A DNA stretch of 32,000 bases from the NCBI RefSeq assembly GCF_900167395.1, contig NZ_FUWK01000004.1:30001-62000 (forward strand), written 5' to 3'. The stretch is from Nitrosomonas europaea. GTDB lineage: Bacteria > Pseudomonadota > Gammaproteobacteria > Burkholderiales > Nitrosomonadaceae. Below the pieces are notes generated by a model, which worked only from the letters and a program-made list of their open reading frames with translations, was not told the origin of the DNA and ran no database searches. Of this stretch, positions 1 to 11,600 are shown piece by piece (within the stretch, counting starts at the first letter, position 1; each line of letters begins with the position of its first letter). The position numbers and the translations under genes were made by a program.

Positions 1-590
1 GTGTTACTTTTCATGTGGGTTCTCAGTGTCGCAATCCGCAGAACTGGCGAGTAGGAATCGAGCGTGCCCAGACTGTGTTTGCCAGCATGCGCGAAGCCGG
101 TCTCAAGCCACGTCTGCTGAATCTGGGAGGGGGTTATCCGGTACGCCACGTCAAGCCGATTCCTTCTATCGAGGTTATTGCAGAAGTCATCAACGAGGCT
201 ATCGCCGACTTGCCGGAAGATATTCACGTCATGGCTGAACCCGGACGTTATCTGGTCTCTGATTCAGCCTGTTTTGTATGCCGTGTGGTCGGTACAGCCA
301 CGCGTAACGGTAAACGCTGGATGTACTGGGATGCCGGAATATTCGGCGGCATCATCGAAGTGAGCGAAGGACTGCGTTACGAGATTCTGACACAGCGTAA
401 CGGCTCTTTGATTCCCTGGTCGGTTGCCGGCCCTACCTGTGATTCTGTAGACGTCCTCATGCACGATGAAATGCTGCCTGAAGATATCCAGGAAAACGAT
501 TTCATCTTTATTCCCAACGCAGGGGCTTACACAACTTCCTATGCAAGTAACTTCAATGGCTTTCCGTTACCGGATGTCGTTGTAATTTGA
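1..590 (+). CDS. PLP-dependent ornithine/lysine/DAP-type (alanine-racemase-fold) decarboxylase, C-terminal part; the 5' end lies upstream of the window
   Basis: The frame is open from base 3 (VTFHVGSQC...), so the GTG at 15 in the track is internal. FHVGSQ and GGGYPV motifs and a C-terminal beta-barrel-like region (GPTCDSVD) are typical of this family. Confidence 0.8.
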   Translation, partial: VTFHVGSQCRNPQNWRVGIERAQTVFASMREAGLKPRLLNLGGGYPVRHVKPIPSIEVIAEVINEAIADLPEDIHVMAEPGRYLVSDSACFVCRVVGTATRNGKRWMYWDAGIFGGIIEVSEGLRYEILTQRNGSLIPWSVAGPTCDSVDVLMHDEMLPEDIQENDFIFIPNAGAYTTSYASNFNGFPLPDVVVI

Positions 591-615
591 TCACCCGGAA
601 AATGCTATTACTGTG

Positions 616-653
616 GAAATGGCGGCAATTCTCATACTGATCTGCCGCCATTT
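616..653. terminator. Perfect 12-bp stem hairpin between convergent genes
   Basis: GAAATGGCGGCA (616-627) pairs with TGCCGCCATTTC (642-653). It lies between the decarboxylase stop and the fghA stop. The U-tract is weak. Confidence 0.45.
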
Positions 654-739
654 CTGATCAACCCAGAATGACCGTTTTAGCTGGTTTTATCGGACGAGAG
701 CTCCAGTCGTTTTGCCTTGATTGTTTCCCTCATTTTGTA

Positions 740-1606
740 TCACTGGCCATTTGATGTCAGCCAGGTGTAGTGGTGTCGCAGATGATCTTCAATGAAAGTG
801 CTGATAAAGAAATAGCTGTGATCATACCCGGCATGGCGGCGCAGGATGACAGACTGCCCGGCTTGCTGACAGGCCGCTTCAAAATAGCCGGGGTGCAGCT
901 GATCCTTAAGAAATGGATCGTTCAACCCCTGATCGATCAGCGGGATCGGTAATCGGCAGCCTGATTCGATCAGTGCGGTAGCATCATGTTTACGCCAGTT
1001 TGCAGGAGATTCTCCCAGATACCGGCTGAATGCTTTTTGCCCCCAGAGACATTGAGTCGGCGCTGCGATCGGCGCAAATGCCGAGACTGACCGATAATGT
1101 CCGGGGTGGCGCAGTGCCAGTGTCAACGCGCCATGTCCTCCCATGGAATGGCCGAAAATTCCAACACGTTCAGGGTCAACCGGAAATCGGTCCAGGATAA
1201 TGTCATACAATTCCCTCGTTACATAGCTCTCCATGTGAAAATATCTGGACCAGGGCGATTCTGTCGCATCAAGATAGAATCCTGCTCCCGTTCCGAATTC
1301 CCAATCATCTGCTTCCCCCGGAATGCCGGTATTGCGCGGACTGGTATCCATGCTGACCAGTATCAGACCCAATTCAGCAGCGTAGCGTTGAGCGCCGGCC
1401 TTGATCATGAAAGTCTCTTCTGTACAAGTCAGTCCGGCGAGGAAGAACAATACCGGGAGTCGCTGTCCTCCAGCTTCTTGGACCTGTGGCGGTTCATACA
1501 CTGAAAAGCGCATCGGCAGGCCGATAATTTCCGAATGATGCTGATAGTAGCTCTGAACGCCATCAAAACAGCGATGCTGGTTCCGGGTTTCCAGTTTGAC
1601 AGTCAT
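740..1606 (-). CDS. fghA: S-formylglutathione hydrolase (esterase D family)
   Basis: GHSMGGHGAL serine-hydrolase motif, the right length, and full-length resemblance to FrmB/YeiG. It sits directly downstream of the class III ADH. ATG at 1606 is preferred; the track start at 1618 is a GTG. Confidence 0.9.
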   Translation of the reverse strand: MTVKLETRNQHRCFDGVQSYYQHHSEIIGLPMRFSVYEPPQVQEAGGQRLPVLFFLAGLTCTEETFMIKAGAQRYAAELGLILVSMDTSPRNTGIPGEADDWEFGTGAGFYLDATESPWSRYFHMESYVTRELYDIILDRFPVDPERVGIFGHSMGGHGALTLALRHPGHYRSVSAFAPIAAPTQCLWGQKAFSRYLGESPANWRKHDATALIESGCRLPIPLIDQGLNDPFLKDQLHPGYFEAACQQAGQSVILRRHAGYDHSYFFISTFIEDHLRHHYTWLTSNGQ

Positions 1607-1618
1607 GGTACCGGCCAC

Positions 1619-2725
1619 TCAGAAAACCACCACTGAACGAATCGATTCGCCTGCTTCCATCAACTTGAAGCCTTCATTGATTTCTTCCAGCTTCAATATG
1701 TGTGTGATCAACGGATCAATGCTGATTTTGCCATCCATGTACCAGTCGACGATTCGTGGCACATCCGAACGGCCGCGCGCTCCGCCAAAGGCAGAGCCTT
1801 CCCATTTTCTGCCGGTAACGAGCTGGAATGGACGGGTACTGATTTCGGCGCCGGCTTTGGCTACTCCAATGATGATGCTGCGCCCCCAGCCTTTATGTGT
1901 GCATTCCAGAGCCTGACGCATAACTGTGGTATTACCGATGCATTCAAAGCTGTAGTCTGCACCACCGTCAGTCAGTTGTATCACAGCATCCACCACGTTT
2001 TCCACCTGGCTTGGATCGATGAAATGCGTCATACCAAATTGGCGGCCCAATGCTTCCCGTTCAGGATTGAGATCAATACCGATGATTTTGTCAGCGCCCG
2101 CCATGCGTGCACCCTGAATGACGTTCAGGCCGATTCCTCCCAGTCCGAATACAGCGACATTTGCTCCGACTTCCACTTTGGCAGTAAACAGTACCGCACC
2201 AATGCCAGTAGTCACACCACAGCCGATGTAACAGGCTTTATCAAAAGGGGCATCTTCACGAATCTTTGCCAAAGCAATTTCAGGAACGACAATATAGTTG
2301 GAAAAAGTCGAAGTACCCATATAGTGCATAATGGCCTTGCCATCGAGTGAGAAGCGTGAAGTGCCATCCGGCATTAGGCCGCGTCCCTGCGTCGCACGGA
2401 TGGCCTGACATAAATTGGTTTTGCGTGATAGACAGAACTTGCATTCCCGGCATTCCGGCGTGTACAGAGGAATGACATGATCCCCCGGACGGAGTGATTT
2501 GACGTCTGCACCAACTTCAACCACGATACCGGCACCCTCATGGCCAAGGATGGCGGGAAACAAACCTTCCGGATCGGCACCGGAAAGCGTGTAATAATCG
2601 GTATGGCAGATGCCCGTTGCCTTGATTTCGACCAACACCTCGCCAGTACGAGGGCCGGCGAGATCGACTTCTTCGATGGTAAGTGGCTGGCCAGCTTGCC
2701 AGGCAACTGCTGCACGTGTTTTCAT
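1619..2725 (-). CDS. adhC: S-(hydroxymethyl)glutathione dehydrogenase / class III alcohol dehydrogenase
   Basis: [15 protein letters not shown]... N-terminus, the GHEGAGIV zinc-ADH motif and a GLGGIGL Rossmann motif. The ATG at 2725 (codon 27 of the track ORF) gives the canonical length. Confidence 0.9.
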   Translation of the reverse strand: MKTRAAVAWQAGQPLTIEEVDLAGPRTGEVLVEIKATGICHTDYYTLSGADPEGLFPAILGHEGAGIVVEVGADVKSLRPGDHVIPLYTPECRECKFCLSRKTNLCQAIRATQGRGLMPDGTSRFSLDGKAIMHYMGTSTFSNYIVVPEIALAKIREDAPFDKACYIGCGVTTGIGAVLFTAKVEVGANVAVFGLGGIGLNVIQGARMAGADKIIGIDLNPEREALGRQFGMTHFIDPSQVENVVDAVIQLTDGGADYSFECIGNTTVMRQALECTHKGWGRSIIIGVAKAGAEISTRPFQLVTGRKWEGSAFGGARGRSDVPRIVDWYMDGKISIDPLITHILKLEEINEGFKLMEAGESIRSVVVF

Positions 2726-2884
2726 TACGGGTAATCCTTTGTTGAATTTGTTGTCGAAAGCAGTCATTGTATGTAACTGATACGATCGTGCAACCTGGAG
2801 CAAAGATCCGTTTTGGATTTTCCTTCACCCTGTATGGTCCACAGCCATACGGAACAATAAAATCAGAGAAAAGAGAGAGGAACC

Positions 2885-4744
2885 ATGAATAACCAGTCAC
2901 CCATGGACAAGAAGGCGCAGATCAACTTCTGGTACGTGCTGATTGCAGTACTCAGCATTCTCTTCATCCAGAACCTTTACAATCAGTATACGCGAATAGA
3001 GCCGATTCCCTACAGCCGCTTCCAGTCTCTGTTGGAGCAGGACAAGGTGTCCGAAGTGGCCATCACTGATCAACAGATCTTCGGCAAGCTCAAGGAATCG
3101 ACCAGTGAAAAATTCACCGAATTCGTCACCACCCGGGTTGAATCGGATCTGGCAGAAATGCTGGATAAGCACAATGTTACTTATACTGGTGTCGTCCAGA
3201 GTACCTGGTTGCGCGATCTGCTTTCCTGGATCGTACCGATGGCCGTTTTCGTTGGTATCTGGCTGTTTATCATCCGACGAATGAATAAAGGCATGATGGG
3301 AAGCGGCCTGATGTCGATCGGCAAAAGCCGCGCCAAGGTCTACGTGGAAAAAGAAACCAAGGTAACCTTTGCCAATGTTGCCGGGGTGGATGAGGCCAAG
3401 GAAGAGTTGGTCGAAATCGTCAATTTTCTCAAGAATCCCAAGGAATACAGCCGGCTGGGCGGACGGGCACCCAAAGGTATCTTGCTGGTTGGTCCGCCTG
3501 GTACCGGTAAAACCCTGTTGGCGCGCGCAGTGGCAGGTGAGGCAGGTGTACCGTTTTTCTCGATTTCCGGCTCTGAATTTGTCGAGATGTTCGTAGGCGT
3601 TGGTGCTGCCAGAGTGCGTGATCTGTTTGAACAGGCTCGCCAGATGGCGCCGGCAATCATTTTCATCGATGAGCTGGATTCACTCGGGCGCGCGCGCGGT
3701 GCAGGCGGATTTGGCGGCCATGATGAAAAAGAACAGACACTGAATCAATTACTGGCCGAACTCGATGGATTCGATCCTTCCAGTGGAATTGTCCTGCTTG
3801 CCGCGACTAACCGTCCGGAAATCCTGGATGCAGCCTTGCTGCGCGCCGGGCGTTTCGATCGTCAGGTACTGGTGGACCGGCCTGATAAAAAAGGTCGTCA
3901 GCAAATCCTGGGTGTTCATATTGGCAAAATCACACTGGCGCCCGATGTTGATACCGAACAGATCGCAGCACTGACACCTGGCTTCACAGGTGCTGATCTG
4001 GCTAATTTGATCAATGAGGCTGCGCTGCTGGCGACCCGGCGTGGTGGTCAGGCAGTCAGCATGGACGACTTCAATAATGCAATCGAGCGGATCGTAGCTG
4101 GCCTGGAAAAGAAAAATCGTCTGCTCAATCCGGAAGAAAGGCGTACCGTTGCTTACCATGAACTGGGCCATACCATGGTGGCACTTGCTCTGCCGGGATC
4201 GGATGAAGTACATAAAGTTTCGATCATCCCACGTGGTATTGGTGCACTTGGCTATACCATTCAGCGTCCCACCGAGGATCGCTTTCTTATGACACGCAAG
4301 GAGCTGGAAAACAAAATGGCGGTATTGCTGGGTGGGCGTGCAGCGGAAAGGTTGGTATTCGACGAGATTTCCACCGGTGCTTCCGATGATCTGGCGCGTG
4401 CTACCGATATCGCCCGTGCCATGGTTTTACGCTATGGCATGAGCGAGGCAATCGGGAATGTGGTTTATGATCGCGAACAAATGGCGTTTTTGCAACCTGG
4501 TTTTCCCATGCCCCAAAGCCGTGATTACAGTGAAGAAACTGCCAATAAAATTGACCAGACTGTACGTTCACTGCTTGATTTGGCGCTTGAACGTGCCATT
4601 AAAATTCTGGATAAAAATCGGGAACTGCTTGATCGAACTGCGCAGCAATTGCTGGAAACTGAAACACTGAATCAGCCGGAGTTACTGGAGCTGAAACGCA
4701 ACTTGCGTGCGGAGGAAACCAATCCGTCAACACAGCAGAACTAA
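2885..4744 (+). CDS. ftsH: ATP-dependent zinc metalloprotease FtsH
   Basis: Two N-terminal TM segments, Walker A GPPGTGKT, Walker B IIFIDELD, the SRH region and an HELGH zinc motif. An AGAGAGG SD lies upstream of the ATG. Confidence 0.9.
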   Translation: MNNQSPMDKKAQINFWYVLIAVLSILFIQNLYNQYTRIEPIPYSRFQSLLEQDKVSEVAITDQQIFGKLKESTSEKFTEFVTTRVESDLAEMLDKHNVTYTGVVQSTWLRDLLSWIVPMAVFVGIWLFIIRRMNKGMMGSGLMSIGKSRAKVYVEKETKVTFANVAGVDEAKEELVEIVNFLKNPKEYSRLGGRAPKGILLVGPPGTGKTLLARAVAGEAGVPFFSISGSEFVEMFVGVGAARVRDLFEQARQMAPAIIFIDELDSLGRARGAGGFGGHDEKEQTLNQLLAELDGFDPSSGIVLLAATNRPEILDAALLRAGRFDRQVLVDRPDKKGRQQILGVHIGKITLAPDVDTEQIAALTPGFTGADLANLINEAALLATRRGGQAVSMDDFNNAIERIVAGLEKKNRLLNPEERRTVAYHELGHTMVALALPGSDEVHKVSIIPRGIGALGYTIQRPTEDRFLMTRKELENKMAVLLGGRAAERLVFDEISTGASDDLARATDIARAMVLRYGMSEAIGNVVYDREQMAFLQPGFPMPQSRDYSEETANKIDQTVRSLLDLALERAIKILDKNRELLDRTAQQLLETETLNQPELLELKRNLRAEETNPSTQQN

Positions 4745-5152
4745 GTGGGGAATCGCGGCAGAATCTATCCAGACGATTGCATTCTGCCCGAATTCATCAC
4801 CAATTTTCTTGGCGATGGAGAGGTCAATGCCCAGTGCAAGCAAACTTTCCTCGGCAGGCCATTCTCCGGAGGGATCGATACCTGTTCCCCGGTATATGTG
4901 GTTTGAATAACAGGCAAGTCTTTCATACAATCGAGCCATGGCAGACTGGTTTTCCTGGGAAGTTGCTACCTCGCTGGCCGGGTTGCAGGCAGTAACATAT
5001 ACTGCACTCCGATTACCGGTTGCTTGCAACAGTGCTGCCAGTGGTGCGGATTGGCAGCCAATCTGCAGGGTGACCACAGATGTATCGATCCATACCTGAT
5101 ACTGCGCGGCAAGATATTTACCAACTAATTCTTCCGAAAGGGTGGATGGCAT
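4727..5152 (-). CDS. Hypothetical protein, DUF3293-like
   Basis: 141-aa ORF with a VYVTACNPASE...N motif that matches my recollection of DUF3293. Its 3' end overlaps the ftsH stop by 18 nt (convergent). Confidence 0.55.
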   Translation of the reverse strand: MPSTLSEELVGKYLAAQYQVWIDTSVVTLQIGCQSAPLAALLQATGNRSAVYVTACNPASEVATSQENQSAMARLYERLACYSNHIYRGTGIDPSGEWPAEESLLALGIDLSIAKKIGDEFGQNAIVWIDSAAIPHLVLLC

Positions 5153-5231
5153 TATATTTTTATGTAAATTCCTGTGTGAAAGCTTGTTGATTTACAAATC
5201 TTTCTGATTATTTTTCATTGGTTGAATGTAA

Positions 5232-5951
5232 ATGAAGTTTATTGTGTTTATTCTGTTAGCGATAGGATCGGGCCTAGTCAGTGCGCAGGAACCGGTATTG
5301 TCTTCAGTTCCCGATACGCTGGAACAGCGTGTAAAACCCTGTACGATCTGTCATGGTGACGAAGACAAAGCAGGGCGGGACGCGTATTACCCGCGGATTG
5401 CAGGCAAACCTGCCGGTTATCTGTTTAATCAGTTACGCAATTTCCGCGATGGGCGGCGCTACTACCAGGCCATGGCAATTTTGCTGGAAAACCTTTCGGA
5501 TGAATATCTGCTCGAAATTGCTCATTATTTCTCTTCCCTGAAATACCCTTATCCAGAACCGGCAGCGAATACGCTTTCACCTGAGGAGATACAGGCGGTA
5601 GAAACGCTGGTTCATTCGGGTGACCCTGAACGAGATATTCCTGCATGCGGTGCTTGCCATGGAAAAGCCCTGATGGGTGTAGAACCATTTATTCCCAGTC
5701 TGCTCGGCCTGCCTCATGCCTATGTAGCAGCACAATTCGGCGGTTGGCGTAATGGCGGGATCATGCGGGGACAAACACCGGATTGCATGTCTGAAATTGC
5801 CAAAAAACTATCCCAGGAGGAAGTCAATGCGCTGACTGTGTGGCTGCCTGCTCATCCGGTAACGGGTGAACCCGCAGAAGCAGAAACACTACCCCCGGAA
5901 CTTGCTCAACGTTGTCAGACTATTTTATCCGGAGAGGGTTTTACCCGATGA
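5232..5951 (+). CDS. Dihaem cytochrome c (c4-like), periplasmic
   Basis: Signal peptide MKFIVFILLAIGSGLVSAQ and two CxxCH motifs (CTICH, CGACH). Confidence 0.85.
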   Translation: MKFIVFILLAIGSGLVSAQEPVLSSVPDTLEQRVKPCTICHGDEDKAGRDAYYPRIAGKPAGYLFNQLRNFRDGRRYYQAMAILLENLSDEYLLEIAHYFSSLKYPYPEPAANTLSPEEIQAVETLVHSGDPERDIPACGACHGKALMGVEPFIPSLLGLPHAYVAAQFGGWRNGGIMRGQTPDCMSEIAKKLSQEEVNALTVWLPAHPVTGEPAEAETLPPELAQRCQTILSGEGFTR

Positions 5952-7225
5952 AACAGCCAAGTAAATTCAGATCTGCTGAAAAAAAGCAGGTCGCAGTTTT
6001 CATAGCGAGCATGCTGCTGTCGCTATCATCTATTGCAGCAACTCAGCCTTCAGCTAATTCCGATGCGGAGCAGGTGCTGCGGGGGGAATATCTTACCCGT
6101 GCCGGTAACTGCATGGGTTGCCATACCACCCGAGGAGGGAAACCTTATGCCGGCGGGCGTGAGCTGGTAACTCCTTTCGGCAAGTTTGTCACACCGAATA
6201 TCACACCAGACAATGAAACAGGTATTGGCCACTGGAGTGAAGAAGATTTTTGGCAGGCGCTTCATTATGGTAAGGGCAGGGATGGCAGCTACCTGTATCC
6301 TGTTTTCCCGTATACAGAATATACGAAAGTCACACGCCAGGATGCTGATGCAATTTTTGCTTATCTGCGTTCACTGACACCTGTAGCGCAAACCAATCCG
6401 CCACACAAAATCACATCTCCCTATGATAACCAGTTTCTCCTGTTTCTCTGGCGTACCTGGTATTTCAAGGAAGGAGTCTATGAGCCGGATGATTCCAAAA
6501 GTGAAGAATGGAATCGCGGTAATTACCTGGTGCAGGGGCTGGGGCACTGTAATGCCTGCCATACTCCCCGCAATGTATGGGGAGCAAGTCAGGATGACAA
6601 ATTGGCAGGTGGCGAAATCATGGGTACTTACTGGTATGCACCTTCTCTGATTTCCCATCGGGAAGCAGGTATGGGGGAATGGCCAGTCGACGAGATTGCC
6701 AAACTGCTTTCTACCGGGGTGACTGGTCATGCAGTGACTTCCGGCCCGATGGCGACGATCGTCCGGCAGAGTCTGCAATATCTGTCAAAGGATGATATGC
6801 GTGCGGTAGCAGTTTACCTGCAATCACTGGGTGAAAAGCGTGGCGAGGAAGCACCGAGAAAAATCCCACCCATGCCTGAACGCGTAAGCAGATATCTGGC
6901 TCTGGGAGAACCCGTGTATATAAAACACTGTCAGGAATGTCATGGCAAATCAGGGGAAGGTGTACCGGGAGTCTATCCCCCCTTGGCGGGAAATCGCAGT
7001 GTTACCATGACTTCCCCCCTTAATACTATCCGCAGCGTGCTGTATGGAGGATTCTCACCTGCCACAGCCGGCAACCCTCGTCCTTACGGGATGCCACCTT
7101 TCCAGCACATCATTCGTGATCATGAAATTGCCTGGGTGGTTTCCTATATCAGAAATGCCTGGGGTAATTTTGGCAGCCTGGTCAGCCCGGAAGATGTCGA
7201 TAGTAGTCGAGGAAATGAATTCTGA
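5948..7225 (+). CDS. Trihaem cytochrome c (alcohol/gluconate dehydrogenase cytochrome-subunit-like)
   Basis: Three CxxCH motifs (CMGCH, CNACH, CQECH) and a signal/anchor segment. The ATG at 5948 overlaps the upstream stop (ATGA), which suggests translational coupling. Confidence 0.85.
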   Translation: MKQPSKFRSAEKKQVAVFIASMLLSLSSIAATQPSANSDAEQVLRGEYLTRAGNCMGCHTTRGGKPYAGGRELVTPFGKFVTPNITPDNETGIGHWSEEDFWQALHYGKGRDGSYLYPVFPYTEYTKVTRQDADAIFAYLRSLTPVAQTNPPHKITSPYDNQFLLFLWRTWYFKEGVYEPDDSKSEEWNRGNYLVQGLGHCNACHTPRNVWGASQDDKLAGGEIMGTYWYAPSLISHREAGMGEWPVDEIAKLLSTGVTGHAVTSGPMATIVRQSLQYLSKDDMRAVAVYLQSLGEKRGEEAPRKIPPMPERVSRYLALGEPVYIKHCQECHGKSGEGVPGVYPPLAGNRSVTMTSPLNTIRSVLYGGFSPATAGNPRPYGMPPFQHIIRDHEIAWVVSYIRNAWGNFGSLVSPEDVDSSRGNEF

Positions 7226-7385
7226 GCATATGCTCCAAATTTTATAATTGTCGTTCATTGACGCTGTACTGGGGGTAAGGTGCTGGCGCTTTATCGTTAC
7301 GTTTTCCAGTAGAGCATTACGTGCTTCATCAGTCCATTCAGGATGCCGGTGCAGTTGAACTTCCTGACCGACATCCTTTTGTACT

Positions 7386-8504
7386 TTATTCCAAGCCCAG
7401 ACTCTCCAGTGCTTTTTTGTGATCCCACTTTCCATGAAACAGACGACCTTTATGATCGGGTGTGCGATCACTGGTCCAGGTAATGTATTGACCATCCGGG
7501 GTAAATACCGGCAACCCGTCGAATCCTTCCTCGTCTGTTACCCGCACTGGTTCTTTCTTGCCATCGATATCGACGATATAGAGCTCGAAATTACGATGTC
7601 CATGAACGTTGGTTGCGAAAATGATGTATTGATTCGATGGATGATAAAAAGGCGCCCAGGACATTTTGTTGAGTCGGGTAATCTGTTTCTGATCCGATCC
7701 ATCGGTGTTCATAGTGAATATCTCCGCTTCCTGTCCGTTTTCCGAGAAACGTCGCCAGACGATTCTTTTTCCATCCGGGCTGAAAAATGGGCCACCATCA
7801 TAACTGTTGGTATGGGTTAATCTTTTTACATTGGAACCATCCGCATCCATAATGTAAATATCGATCATGGAAGAGGGGTCATTGCTGAAAAGTACAGTTT
7901 CTGCTTCGGATAGTGGTTCGCTGTAAGCTCTGCGATTGGAAGCAAAAGCAATCAGTCTACCATCAGGAGACCATGAAGCTTCTGCATCATAGCCTTTCGT
8001 ATGGGTTAGATTTCTGATGTTTCCGCCCGCAAAATCCGTTTCGTAGATATCATAAAACTCATCATAGTCCCAGGCATAAGATCGGCGCTGGCCGGATTTT
8101 CTCTGCTCGATTTCAGTAGTCATTTTGGCTTTTGCTTCAGGATCTTCATGTGTCGAGGAAAATAGTACTTTCTCCTGGATAGGATGCACCCATGAGCAGG
8201 TTGTTTTACCGATACCAGGTGAAACCTGTTGTACCTCTCCGCTTGCGATATTTTTCAGATAAATCTGATAAAAAGGATTTTCACCGGCGACTTCAGCCTG
8301 ATAAACCAGCCATTTGCCATCAGCACGATAGTAACCTTCACCAGATCTGACTTCCTGATCCGAAATTTGTTTGACATCGCTAATGAAACCGGCGGCACTT
8401 GCCTGTGTCATAGCAAAGAAGCAGGCAGCTGCCAGTAAATTGCGGGTAAGTGGCAAGCTGCCGGGAAAATTGATCGACTGTGTAAAATTTGTCATTTGGT
8501 TCAT
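7386..8504 (-). CDS. Periplasmic PD40/WD40-like beta-propeller protein (TolB-like)
   Basis: Signal peptide ending AMTQASAAG, and repeated SPDG(R/K)...F(A/S)S..(D/G) PD40-type repeats (SWSPDGRLIAFASNR, FFSPDGKRIVW, VFTPDGQYITW). Confidence 0.8.
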   Translation of the reverse strand: MNQMTNFTQSINFPGSLPLTRNLLAAACFFAMTQASAAGFISDVKQISDQEVRSGEGYYRADGKWLVYQAEVAGENPFYQIYLKNIASGEVQQVSPGIGKTTCSWVHPIQEKVLFSSTHEDPEAKAKMTTEIEQRKSGQRRSYAWDYDEFYDIYETDFAGGNIRNLTHTKGYDAEASWSPDGRLIAFASNRRAYSEPLSEAETVLFSNDPSSMIDIYIMDADGSNVKRLTHTNSYDGGPFFSPDGKRIVWRRFSENGQEAEIFTMNTDGSDQKQITRLNKMSWAPFYHPSNQYIIFATNVHGHRNFELYIVDIDGKKEPVRVTDEEGFDGLPVFTPDGQYITWTSDRTPDHKGRLFHGKWDHKKALESLGLE

Positions 8505-8664
8505 AATCCCTGTTAGTGAATAAAAATCATTTAAACACAGCTTCCGAAAAAAAGTAAACCGATCCTTCCGCTGGAAAATGGCTGATATCTACCAGACGCT
8601 TACAGCCACACACGATTGCACAGGCTCAATAGGATCGGATCAATAACCTTATCCATAATCTATC

Positions 8665-11600
8665 ATGACGAAATCAGCCAGACTCTTTTCCTTATGCTGC
8701 CTCATCGCAGTCAGCCTGTTTCACAGCATCAATGTATCAGCCAATGATCAAACTTTTCATCACCGGATGGAGGTAATTCTTTCACCTGATAATTCAGAAC
8801 TCCAGGTGAAAGATCAGATTCAGGTACCGAAAAATAATCTGAATCAGACTGCAGCCACTCGCCTGGAATTCAGTTTGCATGCCGGTTTGTCGATTATGGC
8901 AAACAAAGATGTGGATATCGTTGCTCAGACGGTAAATGAAGCCGATGTACACGCTGGCCCGGTACCATTGAAGCGATATATGGTAACCCTGCCTGCAGGG
9001 CAGAATACTTTTACTCTCACTTTCAGCGGGCGTATTCACCATGCTGTGCAGGACCCCAGTCTGGAATATGCACGCAGTTTCAGCTACTCGCCAGGATTGA
9101 TTTCCGCAGAAGGAGTATTTCTTGCCAATTCTACCGCCTGGTACCCTCAATTTGATGAAGGTATGGTGTCATTTAATCTGGATGTTCGGCTGCCAGCCGA
9201 TTGGGATGTTGTCAGTCAGGGCAGTCTGATACAGGAGCACATTACCGAAACCACTCGACGCGTTACTTGGGAAGAGAAAAAACCTCAGGATGATATTTAT
9301 CTGGTAGCCGGGCGTTATCAGCGTTATCAGCAATCCACCGGGCCGGTGGCAGCTTATGTTTATCTGCGCAGTCCGGATAAAGCGCTGGCGCAGAAATATC
9401 TGGATGCAACTGGACAATACATCGCTATGTACAGCAAGCTGATCGGGCCTTACCCCTATCCGAAATTTGCATTGGTCGAAAACTTCTGGGAAACCGGTTA
9501 CGGCATGCCGTCATTCACCCTGCTGGGACCAAAAGTCGTGCGTTTTCCGTTCATTCTGCACACTTCTTATCCACACGAGATTTTGCACAATTATTGGGGA
9601 AATGGCGTATTCGTCGATTACAGCAAAGGAAATTGGTCGGAAGGGTTGACAGCCTATCTGGCAGATCATCTCGTCAGCGAGCAGGGAGGTAAAGGTGAAG
9701 AATACCGCCGTGATGTGCTGCAGAAATACACGGATTTCGTGAACCAGGAAAAAGATTTTCCGATTGCCCGGTTCACTTCGCGTCACAGCCCCAGTTCAGA
9801 AGCGGTTGGCTATGGCAAAACCATGATGATGTTCCACATGCTGCGGCAGGAACTGGAAGATAAGGATTTCATCAGCGTATTGCGCAGCTTTTATAAACAA
9901 TACCAGTTCAAACAGGCAACTTTTGAAGATTTGCAAACGACTTTCAATACCCTTACCGGCAGAGATTTTTCTCCGTTCTTTCAGCAGTGGATATATCAGA
10001 GCGGTGCTCCCGATATCTCACTGGAAAGTGCGCAGGCTGAGCCCTGGAATCGGGGTTATCGGCTCAAAGCAATCATCAGGCAAACTCAGCCGGGTACACC
10101 TTATCAATTGACTGTGCCGATTGCGGTTCATCTGGAAGGAGAAACCGCTGCCTGGCAAACGCAGATTAAAATCGATCAGCCGGACAATATCATTGAACTG
10201 GATTTACCGGCACGCCCGGTACGTATCGATATCGATCCGCAGTTCGATGTATTCCGGCGCCTGGACAGCCGTGAAATTCCTGCCGCCTTGTCGCAAGGTT
10301 TCGGTGCGGAAAAACCATTACTGATTCTACCGGCCAATACCGGCAACGCGCAATTGTCGCAGGCGTATCAACTACTTGCTTCCACCTGGCAAAAAACTCA
10401 ATCCGGTTCGCTAAAAATCATCCGGGATGATCAATTGGAAGCGCTACCTGCAGATCGTACAGTCTGGATTCTGGGCTGGCAGAATAAATTCAGCAATCAG
10501 ATAATCGATACACTGTCAGAGCACGGCGTCGCCAGAAAAGAGGGTGAATTGCAGCTGGGAGGGCAGATCTATCAACAGGATAAACATGCCATCGTATTGA
10601 CGGCCCGTCAGTCGGCTAATCCTGCTTCAACGTTGCTGTGGGTGGCATCGGATCAGCCTGCAGCAATCACAGAGCTGGCCAGAAAACTGCCGCATTACCG
10701 CAAATACAGTTATCTGGTATTTGAAGATAGCGGTAAAAGTGAAGAACTGAACAACATCAATAAGGGCCAGTGGCCGGTAACTCGCTCTCCTCTGACACAA
10801 CTGGTCAAACAGAAGGATGATGCTTCATTTACCTCCAGTCACACCGGCACTCTGGCACCCCGTCATGCACTGGCAGAACTGCCACCGCTATTTTCCGAAA
10901 ACCGCATGCTGGAGGATATTACCTTGCTGGCCAGTGAGGTATTCAAGGGGCGCGAGCTGGGCAGCCCGGAACTGGACAAGGCAGCAGAATACATCGCGCA
11001 ACAGTTTCAGCAGGCGGGATTGCAGCCGGGCGGGGAAAGCGGGAGCTATTTTCAGATCTGGCAGCAGGATGTAGGGGCGCCAAAAGGAAAAATCACCTTG
11101 CGCAACGTCATTGGAATCCTGCCCGGCACCAATCCACAACTGGCAGAGCAGAGCCTGGTGATCGGTGCGCATTACGATCATCTTGGACTGGGCTGGCCGG
11201 ATGTGCGCGCAGCCAACCGTGGCAAGATTCACTATGGTGCAGATGATAATGCCAGCGGGGTAGCTGTCATGCTGGAATTGGCACGCCAGATCGCCACCCG
11301 GTGGCAACCGCAGCGCACCATCATTTTTGCTGCTTTTACCGGTGAAGAATCCGGGTTGCTGGGGTCAACCCATTATCTTGGCAATCCATCCGGTTATCCC
11401 ACCGAAAAAATCATCACCATGCTGAATCTGGATACAGTCGGCCGGCTCGGTAACAACCCAGTCACCGTATTTGGTACAGGTACAGCAAGCGAGCTGGTAC
11501 ATGTATTCCGTGGTGCCGGTTTTGTCACGGGCATTCCTGTCAATACAGTAGCGAATGATTTTGGTTCCGGTGACCAGACTGCCTTTATCAAGGCCGGGAT

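Noticed and set aside
1700-2350. 216-aa + strand ORF antisense to adhC, plus similar antisense ORFs inside ftsH, the peptidase, pdxA, surA, lptD and dinG
   Set aside because: They lie fully inside strongly supported genes on the opposite strand or in another frame and have no motifs. These are shadow ORFs typical of a mid-to-high GC genome.
2726-2803. N-terminal extensions offered by the ORF track (adhC to 2803, cytochrome from 5912, ldhA to 13568, earP from 13489, repressor from 23199, ogt from 23811)
   Set aside because: Internal ATGs with an SD reproduce the canonical N-termini of the families. The extensions add non-conserved residues or overlap neighbouring genes.
7055-7495. 146-aa minus-strand ORF bridging the ends of the cytochrome c and PD40 genes
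   Set aside because: It overlaps both convergent genes and has no SD. The 160-nt gap alone cannot hold it. The GAGCATATGCTC palindrome at 7224-7235 is too short and lacks a U-tract, so I did not call it a terminator.
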